Assembly: GCF_963921235.1 (NCBI RefSeq)
Contig: NC_086106.1
Coordinates: 32,798,001 to 32,861,496 of the forward strand
From: Mobula hypostoma
Taxonomy: Eukaryota
DNA: 63,496 nt
Direction of reading: 5' to 3'
Positions 12,089-25,439 of this stretch are shown here, one piece after another; within the stretch, counting starts at the first letter, position 1; every line of letters starts with the position of its first letter. A program made the translations under genes and the position numbers. Below the pieces are notes generated by a model, which saw only the letters and a program-made list of their open reading frames with translations, was not told the DNA's origin and did no database searches.

Positions 12089-13988
12089 TGTTACTGGGCG
12101 TCTCCGGAAATCCGGCTCGTTAGCCTCTCGTTAAGAGCCACTAGGTTCCGCGGCGATAAACTCACCTTTTTCAGGCTTCATACGATTCTCGGGTGTCTAC
12201 CAATTTAGTCCCGCCCACCCAAACTCCGGTTTGCGTGAATGCTGTGTGATTTACTGCCCCGGCCATCGCCCGACGTCAAGAAATAACAGATCGTATACTG
12301 CATACAGTTAATAAGGAGCATATTTAAGCATGTTAACTTAAGATAACAATTATTAAAAGGAAACAGAAAAAAACGAAAAGGACCCATTATACTTAAACAG
12401 TCACATGTGCACGGTGGAGCTCAAATCTTACCTTGTCTGTGACTCGCACGCTGAACTCGTAGTCTGCGTGAAAGCACTTCATGTCGCTCGAAATGCATCT
12501 TGAACGTACAGGCTCTCCCACGGGAGTATTGCTCCTTCCTCCTGGAAGCCATTCATCTGCACAAAGCAACTTGTGCAACAGGGACGCCATCCTCCACGAT
12601 CTTCACTCCTGTCTTAGTAGTAGTAGTAGTAGTCATACTTTATTGATCCCGGGGGGAATTGGTTTTCGTGACAGTTGCACCACAAATAATAAATAAATAA
12701 TAAATAGTAATAGAACCATAATAGTTAAATAGTAATATTATATTATGCCAGTAAATTATGAAATAAGTCCAGGACCAGCCTATTGGTTCAAGGTGTCTGA
12801 CCCTCTAAGGGAGGAGTTGTAAAGTTTGATGGCCACAGGCAGGAATCACTTCCTATGACGCTCTGTGTTGCATCTCGGTGGAATGAGTCTCTGGCTGAAT
12901 GTACTCCTGTGCCCACCCAGTACATTATGTAGTGCATGGGAGACATTGACCAAGATGGCATGCAACTTGGACAGCATCCTCTTTTCAGACACCACCGTCA
13001 GAGAGTCCAGTTCCATCCCCACAACATCACTGGCCTTACGAATGAGTTTGTTGATTCTGTTGGTGTCTGTAACCCTCAGCCTGCTGCCCCAGCACACAAC
13101 AGCAAACATAATAGCACTGGCCACCACAGACTCGTAGAACATCTCAGCATCGTCCGGCAGATGTTAAAGGACCTCAGTCTCCTCAGGAAATAGAGACGGC
13201 TCTGACCCTTCTTGTAGACAGCCTCAGTGTTATTTGACCAGTCCAGTTTATTGTCAATTTGTATCCCCAGGTATTTATAATCCTCCACCGCGTCCACACT
13301 GACCCCCTGGATGGAAACAGGGGTCACCGGTACCTTAGCTCTCTTCAGGTCTACCACCAGCTCCTTAGTCTTTTTCACATTAAGCTGCAGATAATTCTGC
13401 TCACACCATGTGACAAAGTTTCCTACCGTAGCCCTGTACTCAGCCTCATCTCCCTTGCTGATGCATCCAACTATGGCAGAGTCATCAGAAAACTTCTGAA
13501 GATGACAAGACTCTGTGCAGTAGTTGAAGTCCGAGGTGTAAATGGTGAAGAGAAAGGGAGACAAGACAGTCCCCTGTGGAGCCCCAGTGCTGCTGATCAC
13601 TCTGTGAGACACACAGTGTTGCAAGCACACATACTGTGGTCTGCCAGTCAGGTATTCAAGAATCCATGATACCAGAGAAGCATCCACCTGCATCGCTGTC
13701 AGCTTCTCCCCCAGCAGAGCAGGGCGGATGGTGTTGAATGCAATGGAGAAGTCAAAAAACTTCTTCTCCCAGCTCCCGGCAACAACGACCTCTCCCCCGA
13801 CGTTCTATAGAAAATTCTCCCACTTCAACCATTCTAATTGGCTGACACCACATTCCGAAGGTGAACAACAAAGCCCCTTCTCTCAGCTGACCACCAAACA
13901 AGCTACAAGCAGAACAGACTGGTCTTACAAAACTGTAAATGAAATGCCTACAGCATAGAATTAAAAACAAATTAACCAGGGAGTTACA
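12089..13988. mobile_element. probable LTR (solo or orphan) split by a Rex1 insertion
   Basis: Begins TGTTAC, ends GTTACA; non-coding parts about 530 and 230 bp either side of the Rex1; no TSD seen. Confidence 0.35.
12615..13760 (-). mobile_element. Rex1/Babar LINE, RT to 3' tail
   Basis: STGAPQGTVLSPFLF, QKFSDDSAIVG, KTKELVVD, YKYLG, KGQSRLYFLRRL; (ACT)n tail at about 12615. Confidence 0.9.
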
Positions 13989-15254
13989 TATGGACGTGCG
14001 AGTTGACATAAAGCGCAGTTACTACATATAGTTAAATGTACAACAGACTTATTACTACTGGCGCTGTCAGAAGTAATGTATACTGGGTGGTAACAGGGTA
14101 TTTAGAATTCTCACGGCTGGGTGCGAGAAGCTGTTACCCAACTTTGTAGTAGTGTGGTACCTTCTGCCTGACGGTAGGAGGTCTAAGAGATTACGGGACG
14201 GATTGTGCAGGTCAGACAGATAGAAAACGGAAGCTGATACAGAAAATAATGACAGGTGATCATTTTAACGATCAGTTACATAAGTCGATGCCGTGACAGA
14301 ATTATTGCCATTATCCAGTTTGAAGTAGAGCATTTTTGCATTGCCGTGTAGATCTACAATCGGAACAAATAGAGCGTAAACCGAGATGAAGTCAAGCCGA
14401 ACGGGAAAAGGGTCAATAGAATGTTAGCACTGATTTCAGAGCAATACAAGGCATTCATGATCATGACCCGTGAAAGAATAAGACAATGCTGTAAAATAAA
14501 TTATTTTTGTAATAATCCAATGAGAATAATTATAGGAAGAGATTCCCTTTGTCAAGAGACGTTATTACGTTCGTATTTCATTAAGAAAAGACAACGAATA
14601 ATCAGTGGATAATCAGAGCCCCCACACGGAGACTGAATAGTTATAATCAACGGGACATTTAGCTATGACATGGTCAAAAATTAAATAATATCTTATTCAT
14701 ATAAACTTTACAGACAACCCCGAAAGCGGCGAGAACAGAATAATAAATCGCAAAGACTGGTCCATTTCCAGGCGCATGCATTTCCCGTGACGATGTGGAG
14801 GTAAGCCGTAGTCACTGAAAACAAAGTATTTGACGCGTCTATTTATATCTGATGTCAACTACCAGAGAGACCATTCGGTTGAATCGTCACAATTGTTCAT
14901 TACAATTTTCTGAGCAAATTAAAGCAGTCGTGTTCAGGCGTATGCTAATCAATCCAGCCGAAAACATTAAAATTTAAGACCAATTGATAAAGCTAAATAA
15001 ACCAATTGATTCAGCTAAAAACAGAATCCTTGTATCTGATGAGATAAAGGTAAGCTGGAAATAGATTAGAAAGACTGTGGATTAGTACCGGACACGCAGT
15101 AAAGTAAAATTGAATGTGAAGTGGTAATATGACATGAAATTGACTGAAACGCAGTGCGAAGCGATAGGAAAGATTGATTTTAGGTTATTGGGAATTTCAC
15201 CCTTGTGACCGATAGATCCGTTCAAATATATTGAATGACCCGATTCATTAACCA

Positions 15255-15715
15255 ATCTACACGTTTAGGATTTGTAACATGTATCATAAACTGCGATCAT
15301 AAACCTCTTGTATTGAGCAGTGGTGCCCTGGGGAAGAGGCGCTGGCTGTCCTCTTAATATATTGTATACCTCTATCATGTCTCCTGTCATCCTGCTTCTC
15401 TCCAAAGAGTAAAGCCCTAACTCTCTTAATCTCTGATCAAAATCCATACTCTCTAAACCAGGCCCCATCCTGTTAAGCCTCCTCTGTAACCTTTCCAATG
15501 CTTCCACATCCTTCCTAAAGTGAGGCGACCAGAACTGGACACAGTACTCTAAGTGTGACCTAACCCGAGTTTTATAGAGCTGCATCATTACCTCGCGACT
15601 CTTAAACTCTTAAACTCTATCCCTCGACTTATGAAAGCTAACACCCCATAAGCTTTCTTAACTACCCTATCTACCTGTGAGGCAACTTTCAGGGATCTGT
15701 GGACATGTGGACATC
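15255..15715 (-). mobile_element. CR1 3' fragment
   Basis: LYKTRVRSHLEYCVQFWSPHFRKDVEALER. Confidence 0.85.
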
Positions 15716-16009
15716 TGTGTACATCGGAAGTTTATTATCAAAGTACATATACGTCACAGTTTCAATGATGGGGCGAATGAATTTGAGTGAGGTTATCCCC
15801 AATATCCGTGCTGGGTTCGAGCTGGTGATCTCTTTGGAAACTCACCCGGCAGAAGCATGGCAAACCACTGCTGCAACTTGCCTGGTACGCGGTTCCCCAC
15901 TATGTCAGAGAGGTGTGGAGGGAGATCGTCCACGAACCGGAGAAACTCCGGATGCGACGTACCTTTCCTTTCCATCCCCACTAGTTCAATAGTCTGATGG
16001 CTGAAGGCT

Positions 16010-18330
16010 CATAATTGTCCCTAATCCCGCGTTGTGAGTTCTGAGGGTCCAGTATCTTTTTGGTGATGGCAGCAGCGAGAGGAAAGCATGGTTTGTATGG
16101 CGGGGGTTCTTGATGATGGATGATGCGGCAGCCCTCCGTGCAGATATGCTCAACGACGGGGAGGGCTTTACCCGTGGTGGGCTGAGCTGTATCGACTACA
16201 TTTTGTAGGAATTCATTTCAAGAGCTTTGGTGTTTTTATACCAGGCCCTGATGCAGCCAGTCAAGATAAACTCTATTACTTATCTACAGACGTTTGTCAA
16301 AGGTTTGATATCCTGTCGGACATTCGCAACCTGCTGAGGAAATAGAGACGCTGCAGTGTTTTCTTCATGATCGCACTCGCGTGCTGGTCTCAGGACAGAT
16401 CCTCTGGAATTATAAAACTAAAGAATTTAAAGTTGCTCATCCCCTCCACCCATGATCCCCCGGTGAGGACTGAGCACGGGCCTCCGGTTTCCTCCTCCTA
16501 AGGTTCCTTCGTCTTGCTGCCATTGAGTGAGACGTTGATGTTGTAGCACTACTCAGCCAGATATCCACTTTCCCTCCCTTGTGCTGATTCATCACCACCT
16601 TTGATCGGCCAACAATAGTGGTGTCGTCTACAAGCTTATACATGGCATTGGAGCTGTGAGAAATATAAAGCGGGTAAAGCAGGGCGATAGGAATACAGAC
16701 TTGTGGTGCACCTGTACTGATGGAGAAAATGGGGGTGATGTTGTTGTCAAATTGACCTGGGGTCTGCAAGTGAGGAAATCCAGTATCCAATTGCACAAGC
16801 CAAGGTCTTGAATTGTCTTGATTAATTTTGAGCGGATGATGGTATTGGATAACGAGCTGCTGACGATGAAGAGAGTCTTGATGTATGCATTTTTGTTGTA
16901 CAGACTTTTAAGGATTGAGTGATGAGCCAATGAAACAACATTTCAAAGGTTCAAAAGTTCGAAGGTTCAAAGGTCAAATTTAATGTCAGGTAGATGTACA
17001 CAGTATACATCCTGAAATGCTTTTTCTTCGCAAACAGTTAAACGTGAGAACGCCAAAGTACCCCCTCCCTCCACCAGCAGAAAAAGCGCGCATGTGTTCC
17101 ATCACCAAGCCCAAGCGTGTGCTAAACAATAGCAAAGGCATAGCCCAGAGTTACCCTAAAAGCTTCGCATTTCACCGGAAATTCGACAAACCTCCCTGAC
17201 CTGGGAAAGGGCAGTTTCCCCCATTTTCACAGCGAGCGGGAGACATAACAACAACACGCTGGTTTACGATGTTAAAAGTCCGTTCCCTCGCTTTTTTCAA
17301 GCTCTGTGTTGAAAGATCGCAAAGACCTCAGGTCTTCTGGCCCACAGCGAAAGACTTTCCGGGCTCCCCGACGACACACGAGTCTCCTGCCGTGACACCG
17401 ACTCTCGATCCGCCCTTCTCCAGAGCCCTGAGATCTTAGGCTTCCGAAAACGATCGTGATTCCCAGGCCAAACCCTTGGCATGTGGAATAACGGCCAGTC
17501 GTGGAAACCCGAGAACGGGTCCATTCCTGCAAAGAACCAGGTCAGGGTCTGCAAGGGAAAACTACAATATTAAAGGTAGAAATAGAGCTGTTTCCGAAGA
17601 TGCAAGCGGAAGGAGTCTCCGCTAGGCGCCATCGTCCCTCCTAAGCTCCTAAGCATTTGCTGTGGATCTGCTGTGTCAGTGGGTAAAATGGAGCGGATTG
17701 CGGTCGCTTCTCAGACATGAGTTGATGTTTGTCATCACCAACCTTTCAAAGCACTCATCACAGTGGATCTCAATTCTACTGGACGATAGTCATTCAGGCA
17801 GGTTACAACGTTCTTCTTAGCCATCGGTATAACTGAAGCATGCTTGAAGCAGGTTGATACCTCAGACTGCCGAAGCGAAAGGTGAAAGATATCACTGAAC
17901 GTACCAGACTGTTGATCAGCACTGGTCTTTGGTATTCGACTAGGTACCCCAGCTGGGCTAAATGTCTTCCGTTGGGTCTTCCGCTAAATTCTGGTCTTAC
18001 GTCGTCCTAGAGAGTGAAATCACATGGTTGATGGGGCTGTGGGAGGTCGTGAAGTTTCCTCCATGTGTTGACGGGCAAAAGGAGCAGAGAAGACATTAAG
18101 CTCATCTGGGAGCGAAGCCTTGCTGCCACCTACGTCGCTTGGATACAGGTTTTAATAGAGCTCAAACCATGCCACAGCTTCTGGGATTCACGTTTGGTCC
18201 GGAATTATCACTTCTCCCTTGAGATGGCTTTTCGGAGATCGTACCCGCACCTCTTATATCTCACATGGTTGCCAGACTTCAATGCCGCTGATCTGGCCCT
18301 CTGTAGTTTGATTTTCTCATGGTTTATCCC
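16010..18330 (-). mobile_element. decayed Rex1/L2-like RT fragments, interrupted at 16945-17650
   Basis: DLGLCNWILDFLTCRPQ, ISTGAPQ, YKLVDDTTIVG remnants. Confidence 0.6.
16945..17650 (-). mobile_element. non-autonomous LINE-dependent element
   Basis: 5' GGAGCTTAGGAGGGACGATGGCG; 3' ATTAAATTTGACC plus (TTTGAACC)-like tail; non-coding. Confidence 0.55.
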
Positions 18331-18999
18331 GGGCTTCTAGTTGTGGAAGACACGGAATGATTTTTAGGGACACACACTCCTACCGGTTGCATTACTTTAA
18401 GCCCCCTAATCAAATCCGGTTCATGACACAACACCCAATCCAGAATAGCTGATGCCCTATCAGGCTCAACCATAAGCTGCTATAAAAAGCTATCTTGTAG
18501 GCATTCTACAAATGTTCTCTCTTAGGATCTAGCACCAACCTCAGTTTCCCAACCTACCTGTATATTGACACCCCACCCCCGCTTGACTATCGTAGCACTG
18601 ACCTTTGGACATGACATTTCTATTCTCTTTGACATTTATATCCCACATCCTGACCACTGTTTGGAGCTCTGTATATAACACCTATCAGAGCCTTTTTACC
18701 CTTGCAGTTTCTTCACTCTACCCACAAGTATTCTACATCTTCCGATGCCGCCTATTTCTCAGGATTAGATTGTCGGATTGACCGTCGATGTTGTGTCATA
18801 GCTGTCCTACGCAAGCCAGAACAGTACCATACAGGGAGCGAACTGTTGCCCATGCAGTCCGCCCCACTCTCCACGCAGCTGATGAATTCAACGGAACGAC
18901 AGAGAGGTTTGGCACCAGCGGCATCACAGGAATTGCCGGTCAACGATGAAGGTCAGAATCAGAATCAGATTGAATATCACTGGCATATGTCATGTTTGT

Positions 19000-19690
19000 T
19001 TTGATTTCAGGCAGCAGGATATTTCAATGCATAATAATAATAACTGTAAATTATAACACGAATATATATAAAATAAATTAACTGAGTAGTTCAAAAATCA
19101 AGGGAAAAATAGTGGGGTAGTGTTTATGGATCTACTCTCCATTCAGAAATCGAATGTCAGGGTGAAAAAAGTTGTTCCTGAAACCTTGGGCGCGTGTCTT
19201 CAGGCTCTTATACCTGCTCCTATATGGTAGCAATGAGAAAAGGGTATGTCCTGGGTGAGGGGGAGGGGGGTCCTTAATGATGGATGCCGCATTTTTGAGG
19301 TATCGCCTTTTGGAGCTGTCCACGATGCTGGGGGCGATAGTGCCCCTGATGGAGGTGGCTGCGTTTACAACTTTCTGCAGCATTTTCCGATTCTGCAGTG
19401 GTCCCTTCATACCACACCCTGATGCAATCGGTTAGAAAGCTCTCCACGGTACATATGTAGAAAATTCCGAGTGTCTTTGGTGACATACGAAGCTCCACAA
19501 ACACTTAATGAAATATAGCCGTGGTCGTGGCTTCTTTTTAATTGCATCAATATATTGAACACAGAAAAGGTCTTCAGAGATTTTGACACCCAGTAACTTG
19601 ATACTGCTCACCCTTTCTTCGATTGATCCTCGATGAGCATTGGAGTGTGTCCCTCCACTTCCCTTTCCTGAAGTCTTACTGACGGTGAGT
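19000..19690 (-). mobile_element. Rex1-type LINE 3' fragment
   Basis: ERVSSIKLLGVKISEDL, LQKVVNAA, HPGHTLFSLLP..RYKSLKTR..FRNNFF. Confidence 0.75.
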
Positions 19691-19984
19691 GCGAGGTTGT
19701 TTTTTCCGACACCACTCAACCAAGTGATGAGTTTTCCTTCTGCTAAATGAAAACTTCCAACCACGTCGGACGAGCTCCATCTGCCCGCAGTGACTGGTGT
19801 TAAGGCGCCAGGAACCCGCCTTTGTCCCTTCTCCTGTCAGTAGAAACACAGACAAGAGACAGGATAAGGAACAAAAATAATAAGGGCTGCCAATAAACAA
19901 GAAATAAATATCACCACTGCCAAATTTGTCAAATCAAAAGCGTTCACTCGCCCTTTTTTCTAATATACAATGGTTCAGATTAAT

Positions 19985-20205
19985 CATCTGGCCATCCCAT
20001 ACATTCCATTGTATACATTCCAGGCATAATTTACTTATTACTATTTAATTATTTATGGTTTTATATTGCTATATTTATACTCTATTCTTGGTTGGTGCAA
20101 CTGTAACGAAACCCAATTTCCCTCGGGATCAATAAAGTATGTCTGTCTGTCTGTCTACCTATCTATCGATCTACCTAATTATCTATCTATCTATCTATCT
20201 ATCAT
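19985..20205 (+). repeat. LINE/SINE 3' end with (GTCT)n/(ATCT)n microsatellite
   Basis: CCCTCGGGATCAATAAAGT followed by tetranucleotide repeats. Confidence 0.7.
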
Positions 20206-21459
20206 GATATCGCCTCTTTCTTTTATTTTTCCATCCTTCATAGCTTCCAGGCCAGGTTTAATTAACCTTTCACGCAAAACTGACAATTCGCGTCATCTGA
20301 TTGATTAAGTTCGACTGGAACAGGTATAACTACGACTCCAAAGTCAAATAGACCTGATGCAACATACAGATTGTACTTCGAAGCTCGTCAATAGCCTACT
20401 GCAATCTACCGTTATGCGCTTTGCAGATCACAATACTGCCAGGCCACGTTATTGACAAATTAAGCAGCTGGAACATATACACCCATCTATTGTCATTAAT
20501 AACAGAATAAACGAGCAACGGCCCAAACAAGTCATTCTTCATCGCCTTCATTTAAGATGTCCTAAAACGGTTTGATGACATCTTTGACTATTTCACCTGG
20601 ATGAAAACATGTTGTTCTGGAGTCATATGGTTTTATAGTCTCATATCTACCACCAAAGAAACATCTGATTGTCTCCGAATGCCCATCGCATTGATTATTC
20701 AAAATCCACGTGGCCAAATCCTCATCTGTGACACAACCTAAATGAATTGTCACCCGTTTCACTTATTGTTTTCTTCAGCTTTTCATCTGCGATCTTCTCT
20801 TTTCAACGTAAGAAACTAATGAATATCGAGGGGGAGGTAAATATCCCTCCACTGATTCACAAGACAGTGGAAGACAACACACAAGCACAGAAAATAATTA
20901 GTGACAGTAGCTACATCGATTCACCTTTATTAGAAAAGGACTGCAGTAGAAAGAGAAGGAAGCCTTGTTGAGATTGTGGGGAGGGTCTTCTTGGCTCCCA
21001 GGTTTTGTAATATTTGAAACTTTACTTTCCTTTCCAAATGAGCGTGCATTGGATTCGGAAGAATACGCAAAGCATGGTGATTGAGAAAACAGCGTTGGCC
21101 CAAAGAAATGTTGTCTCGCCTCCGTAGGCGAGAATATAAGATAACACATGATTCGCTGTGGTATCTAATGGCGAAACATACACGAGGGACAGAATGGCCT
21201 TATATGGTTCCAATTCACATGTTCCTGCAGTGCAACGAGTATGACACTGTGTTTTAGTATTTATATTTGGATTATTTAACGATACAAATCGTAACCAATT
21301 CAATTACTGTCCACCCACATTCACATCCAGTGTTAATATTCGATTTTCAAACACATCAGCATAACAGTGTCCAAAATTGAACTGTCGCGGGCGTTGTTTT
21401 TGTGGAAACTGGAAAATCTGCTCCGTATCATGGTTAATATTTTCTGCACCTTGAATGTG

Positions 21460-22040
21460 ACTTAGCTGCCAGGTCTAAGTGCTTCAGCCTCTTCCACTCA
21501 TAGGCAGTTTCCACTCCTTCCTCCCATGGGATTGTAAACTCAATGAGGAGGACTGTCCTGGCGGCCATAGACTACAATACTCTGTCTGGGCAGAGAGATG
21601 TGGTGATAATTTCCGTGGGGAACTGTAGCTGGCTGCAGTGATCTGCCCTCGTGTTCCACTCCTTGCCTGTGGATAGAAGTCCTGAAAGAGCTCTTGGGCG
21701 GCTGCGTTCGGTGCTCCTCCCAGCCTTAACAAATAGGATGACTTGTCGCCCTGCTGGGGAAAGGCTGCTTCCGGCCTGCAGGTCTCCAAGGTCACTGCAG
21801 CTTCTTCAAGACCTGGTCATGCCGCCATCTGTAGTGCCTTTTGGACAGCACAGTCTTGCATCCTACCAGGATGTGTTGGAGGTTAGCACTGGTGGTATCA
21901 CACAGGGGGCAGCTATCCTCATTGCCTAACCACTAGTGAAGATATCGAGGGTTGGGCAAGGTTGTCCTGAGGAGAAAGCTGAGTCTGGCTTTTGCGACCT
22001 TCCACAGATCAGACCAGCGGAATGACCTGTTGACTGTGCC
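21460..22040 (-). mobile_element. HERO-like (R2 superfamily) non-LTR fragment: zinc knuckle plus restriction-like endonuclease
   Basis: LQHILVGCKTVLSKRHYRWRHDQVL and PDRVL*SMAARTVLLIEFTIPWEEGVETAYEWKRLKH (PD..E.TxPWE motif). Confidence 0.75.
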
Positions 22041-22914
22041 CTCCCATATAGTCCATCTTCCCTGGTGGCCCTCATAGAGTTAGTCTTCCCTCTTCATTCT
22101 GTGTCCTGATGCAAGGTCTCGACCTGAAAATTCGACTTTTCCTTCCACAGATGCTGCTCGACTCCTGTGCTCGACCAGCAGATTATTTGCTGTTTAAAGT
22201 AAATTACATCTCCAATCGCCAGTGCACGAAAGAGTTGAGCCAATTATAGATCTAGCCTGGCATAATTTGTCTACACGGAATCATCGTCGAGTGTTGAAAA
22301 ATTCTTGTGTCCCGCAAGATCCGGGCTAATTCCAACAAGGTCTTCATATATTGTAGGGCGCTTTAATAGACCGCCTATAACGTAAGGATGAACCCACTTC
22401 TTGCCCTCTTTTGTCTACAGGCACTGCACTTACTTTCCCCGTAACTTTAACGCTATAGTCTGCATTTTTTCTATTTTTGTTGTTTTACCAAAATGTACTT
22501 ATGTATTTGATGATCCTCCTGGATGTCTTGCAAACAAAAGCTTTTCACCATATCTCGGTATTTGTAGCATTCAGGATGTATATAGTATACATTTCTCCGG
22601 TATTAAATGTACCTTTGAAACCTTTGAATAAACTAATTACCAATTATTAAACGGTACTTAAGGTGACGGTGAAGACTTCTCATACACGGCTAACATGTCT
22701 GGTAGAGATATAAAATGAGATGCATGAGGATAGAATGACGGAACAGGGATGCTGTAACTGGAGAAAAACACACAGAAGTCAGAAATCGAAAACAAAAGAG
22801 AAAACGCTCGAAACACTCAGCAGGGCAGTCAGCGGGGGAAGCAGAATATCGTACCTGAGAAGCTTTCATTAGAAAATGAAAGTGTGATGCAAACTGGAAA
22901 GGCAAAGTCTTTAA

Positions 22915-24085
22915 GTGAAAGACGAAGTTGCAAGAAACGCGATATTGATGTTAAGGATGCTATCAGACCGAGCTATTAAAGCGCAAACAGATTTGTTTGT
23001 TTGTTTTATCGACGTTACAAAAGCATTTGATAAAGTGAAGCACAATAATTTATTTGAAATATTACAGGAAACTCTGGATCTTCTAGGTTCGAAAGACCTC
23101 CGCTTAATCAGAAATCTGTACGGTGAACAAACTGCCGTTGTAAGAATAGATGGGGAAGTGAGTCAGTATACGAAAATCAAGAAAGGCGTCAGACAAGGGT
23201 GTGTTTTCTCCCCTGATTTGTTTAATGTGTACAGTGAAACAATATTACAGAAAATAAGAGACATCTTGGGAATCAAAGCTGGCGATGAAAACATCAATAA
23301 CTTCAGATATGTGGATGACATTGTGTTAATTGTAAGTACGGAGGAAGAACTACAAAACTTAATTGATATAATTGTTGAAGAAAGTGAAAAAATGGGTTTA
23401 TCTATCAATTGCAAAAAGACAGAATGTATGGTGATATCCAAAAAGAAGGACAATCCTATCTGCAGGCTGAGAATAAATGGGGAAGACATAAAACAAGTAC
23501 AAAACTTTTGCTACTTAGGAAGCTGGGTGAGATCAGATGGCAGGTGCGACATGGACATCAAAAGAAGAATCAGGATGGTAAAATACACCTTTACGAGAAT
23601 GAAGAGTATACTGACCCACACTAAGCTAGGCATGATAACCCGCCTCAGAGTACTGAAATGTTACGTTTATCCTGTTATGTTATGTGGTTCAGAATGTTGG
23701 ACAATATCTAGTAACTTGAGGAAAGAAATTGAAGCAGAGATGTGGTTTTTGAGGAGGATGCAAAGAATATCATGGATGAAACGAATATCTAACGAGGGTG
23801 TCATGAACAGAGCAAGCACAATAAGGGAAATAATGTATGAGATCATGAAAAGGCAACGTAACTTCATTGGACATGTGAGTAGGAAAGAGGAGTTAGAATG
23901 CACGGTAATTACGGGAAAGATCTGAAGGGAAGAAAGCAAGAGGAAGACAAAGACAAACGATGATGGAGACAGCAGCTAGAGAACTGGAAATGAATTCCAA
24001 TGAATTGATCCACTTGACCCGAAACAGGAACGTGTGGGCCATGGCAGTCAAAGCTCAAAATGGGCATGGTACCTGATGATGATGA
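22915..24085 (+). mobile_element. RTE-clade LINE, RT to 3' tail
   Basis: FIDVTKAFDKV, GVRQGCVFSPDLFN, FRYVDDIVL, FCYLGS; (GAT)n tail at about 24075. Confidence 0.9.
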
Positions 24086-24609
24086 GTAGTAAACTTTCGC
24101 GGGGCCCAACAAAAAGAAGAAAATTTGGACTGAAAATGGCTTCATGATAGAAAGTAAGAGCAAATAATCAACCAGTTTTAGAGCGGGAGGACTGTTTGCA
24201 ATGAGGTTCTGCAAATTGTAGGACTAGATCTCCTTATATTCATGATATATAAGTGTGGAGGCCATGAAAAACAAAGTTGCAAATGCTAATAAACTTAGCA
24301 TTGTGTTCGGTAGTGAGGAAGAAACTTCCACATTGACGGGAGCTATCTGTGGACTACTTTATTGGTACAGAAATGGCAAGTGGAATTTAATCCAACGATT
24401 TGTGAATTACCACAGCTAGCGAAAGCAACAGGAAAAGGGAATCTATGAAAATAAAATAAATGCAGTGAAACTCAGAAGTACAGAGAACAGAGGACTATTG
24501 CTGTGGACGTTCACATTTAACTTGAAGGTAACGGGAAGAAATGCTATACCTGTCCATTCACTACTACTTAGAGCAGCAAACAGTCCTTCCAGTTGAGGCA
24601 ACAGTTCAC

Positions 24610-25345
24610 CTGCAAGTCTGCCGGGGTTATTTATTGTACCTGATATTCTTGGTGCGAGACCCGACATTGATTGGGGGACTGCTTTGTCGAGCACTTCCTT
24701 TCTGTTCGTAGCAGGCATGAGTTCCCGGCCAACCATTTAAACTCCACTCCCCTTTGTGATATGTCGGTCTATGGCATTCCTCTCCTATCACAATGAGGCC
24801 ACTCTCAGATTGGAGCAGCAACGCTTCATATTCCGTTGCATAACCTCCAACTTGACCGCATGAACAGCGATTTCTCCAAATTCTGATTTTTTTTTCTCTC
24901 CCCCTTCTCTTTTTATCCGTTTCCTCATTTTGGCTCCCCTCTTATCCCTTGTCTTCTCCTCACATGTCTACCACGTCCCCCCGTGCCTCACCATCCACCA
25001 TTTCTCCAATGCTCGGTCTCCTCTCCGATCAGATTCCTTCTTCTTCAGACCTTTATCTTTTCCAGCTATCGCCTCCCAGTTTCCCACTTTATAACCCCTC
25101 CCCCGCCCATCCACTTAACCTCTCATTTGGTTTCACTTGTCATCTGCCATCTTGTATTCCTTCCTCTATTTCACCGACTTTCAAATTCTGTTTTCTTCCC
25201 CTTCCTTTCCATTCCTGACGAAGGGTCTCGGCCCGAAACATTTACCTTGAAGGTAACTTATTCTTCTCCATAGATATTGCCTGACTTGCTGAGTTCCAGC
25301 AACACGTTTTGTGTTTTACTCTGGATTTCCAGCATATGCAGGATA
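24610..25345 (+). mobile_element. Penelope-like 3' fragment, decayed
   Basis: GIY-YIG tail remnants (ATLRLEQQRFIF), pyrimidine-rich UTR, CTGACGAAGGGTCTCGGCCCGAAAC at about 25215. Confidence 0.75.
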
Positions 25346-25439
25346 TCTCGTGTTTATGTAAAGGAGCTGGTTAAGAAGGGACATGACCCCTTTACTTTAA
25401 TGAACAAAGAACAGAATATAAATGTAATGCAGCGAGTTC

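Noticed and set aside
18780-18950. CTGATGA-containing repeat fragment as a hammerhead
   Set aside because: Lacks GAAA and a helix II; probably a decayed repeat 5' region.
21245-21251. CACTGTG heptamer
   Set aside because: No nonamer at 12 or 23 spacing and no adjacent V or J coding sequence.
20747-21350. Leader-like exon plus ENSVG..SVGENI..YC as a plus-strand V relic
   Set aside because: Needs several frameshifts, is too short, has no Trp motif, and its RSS is unconvincing.
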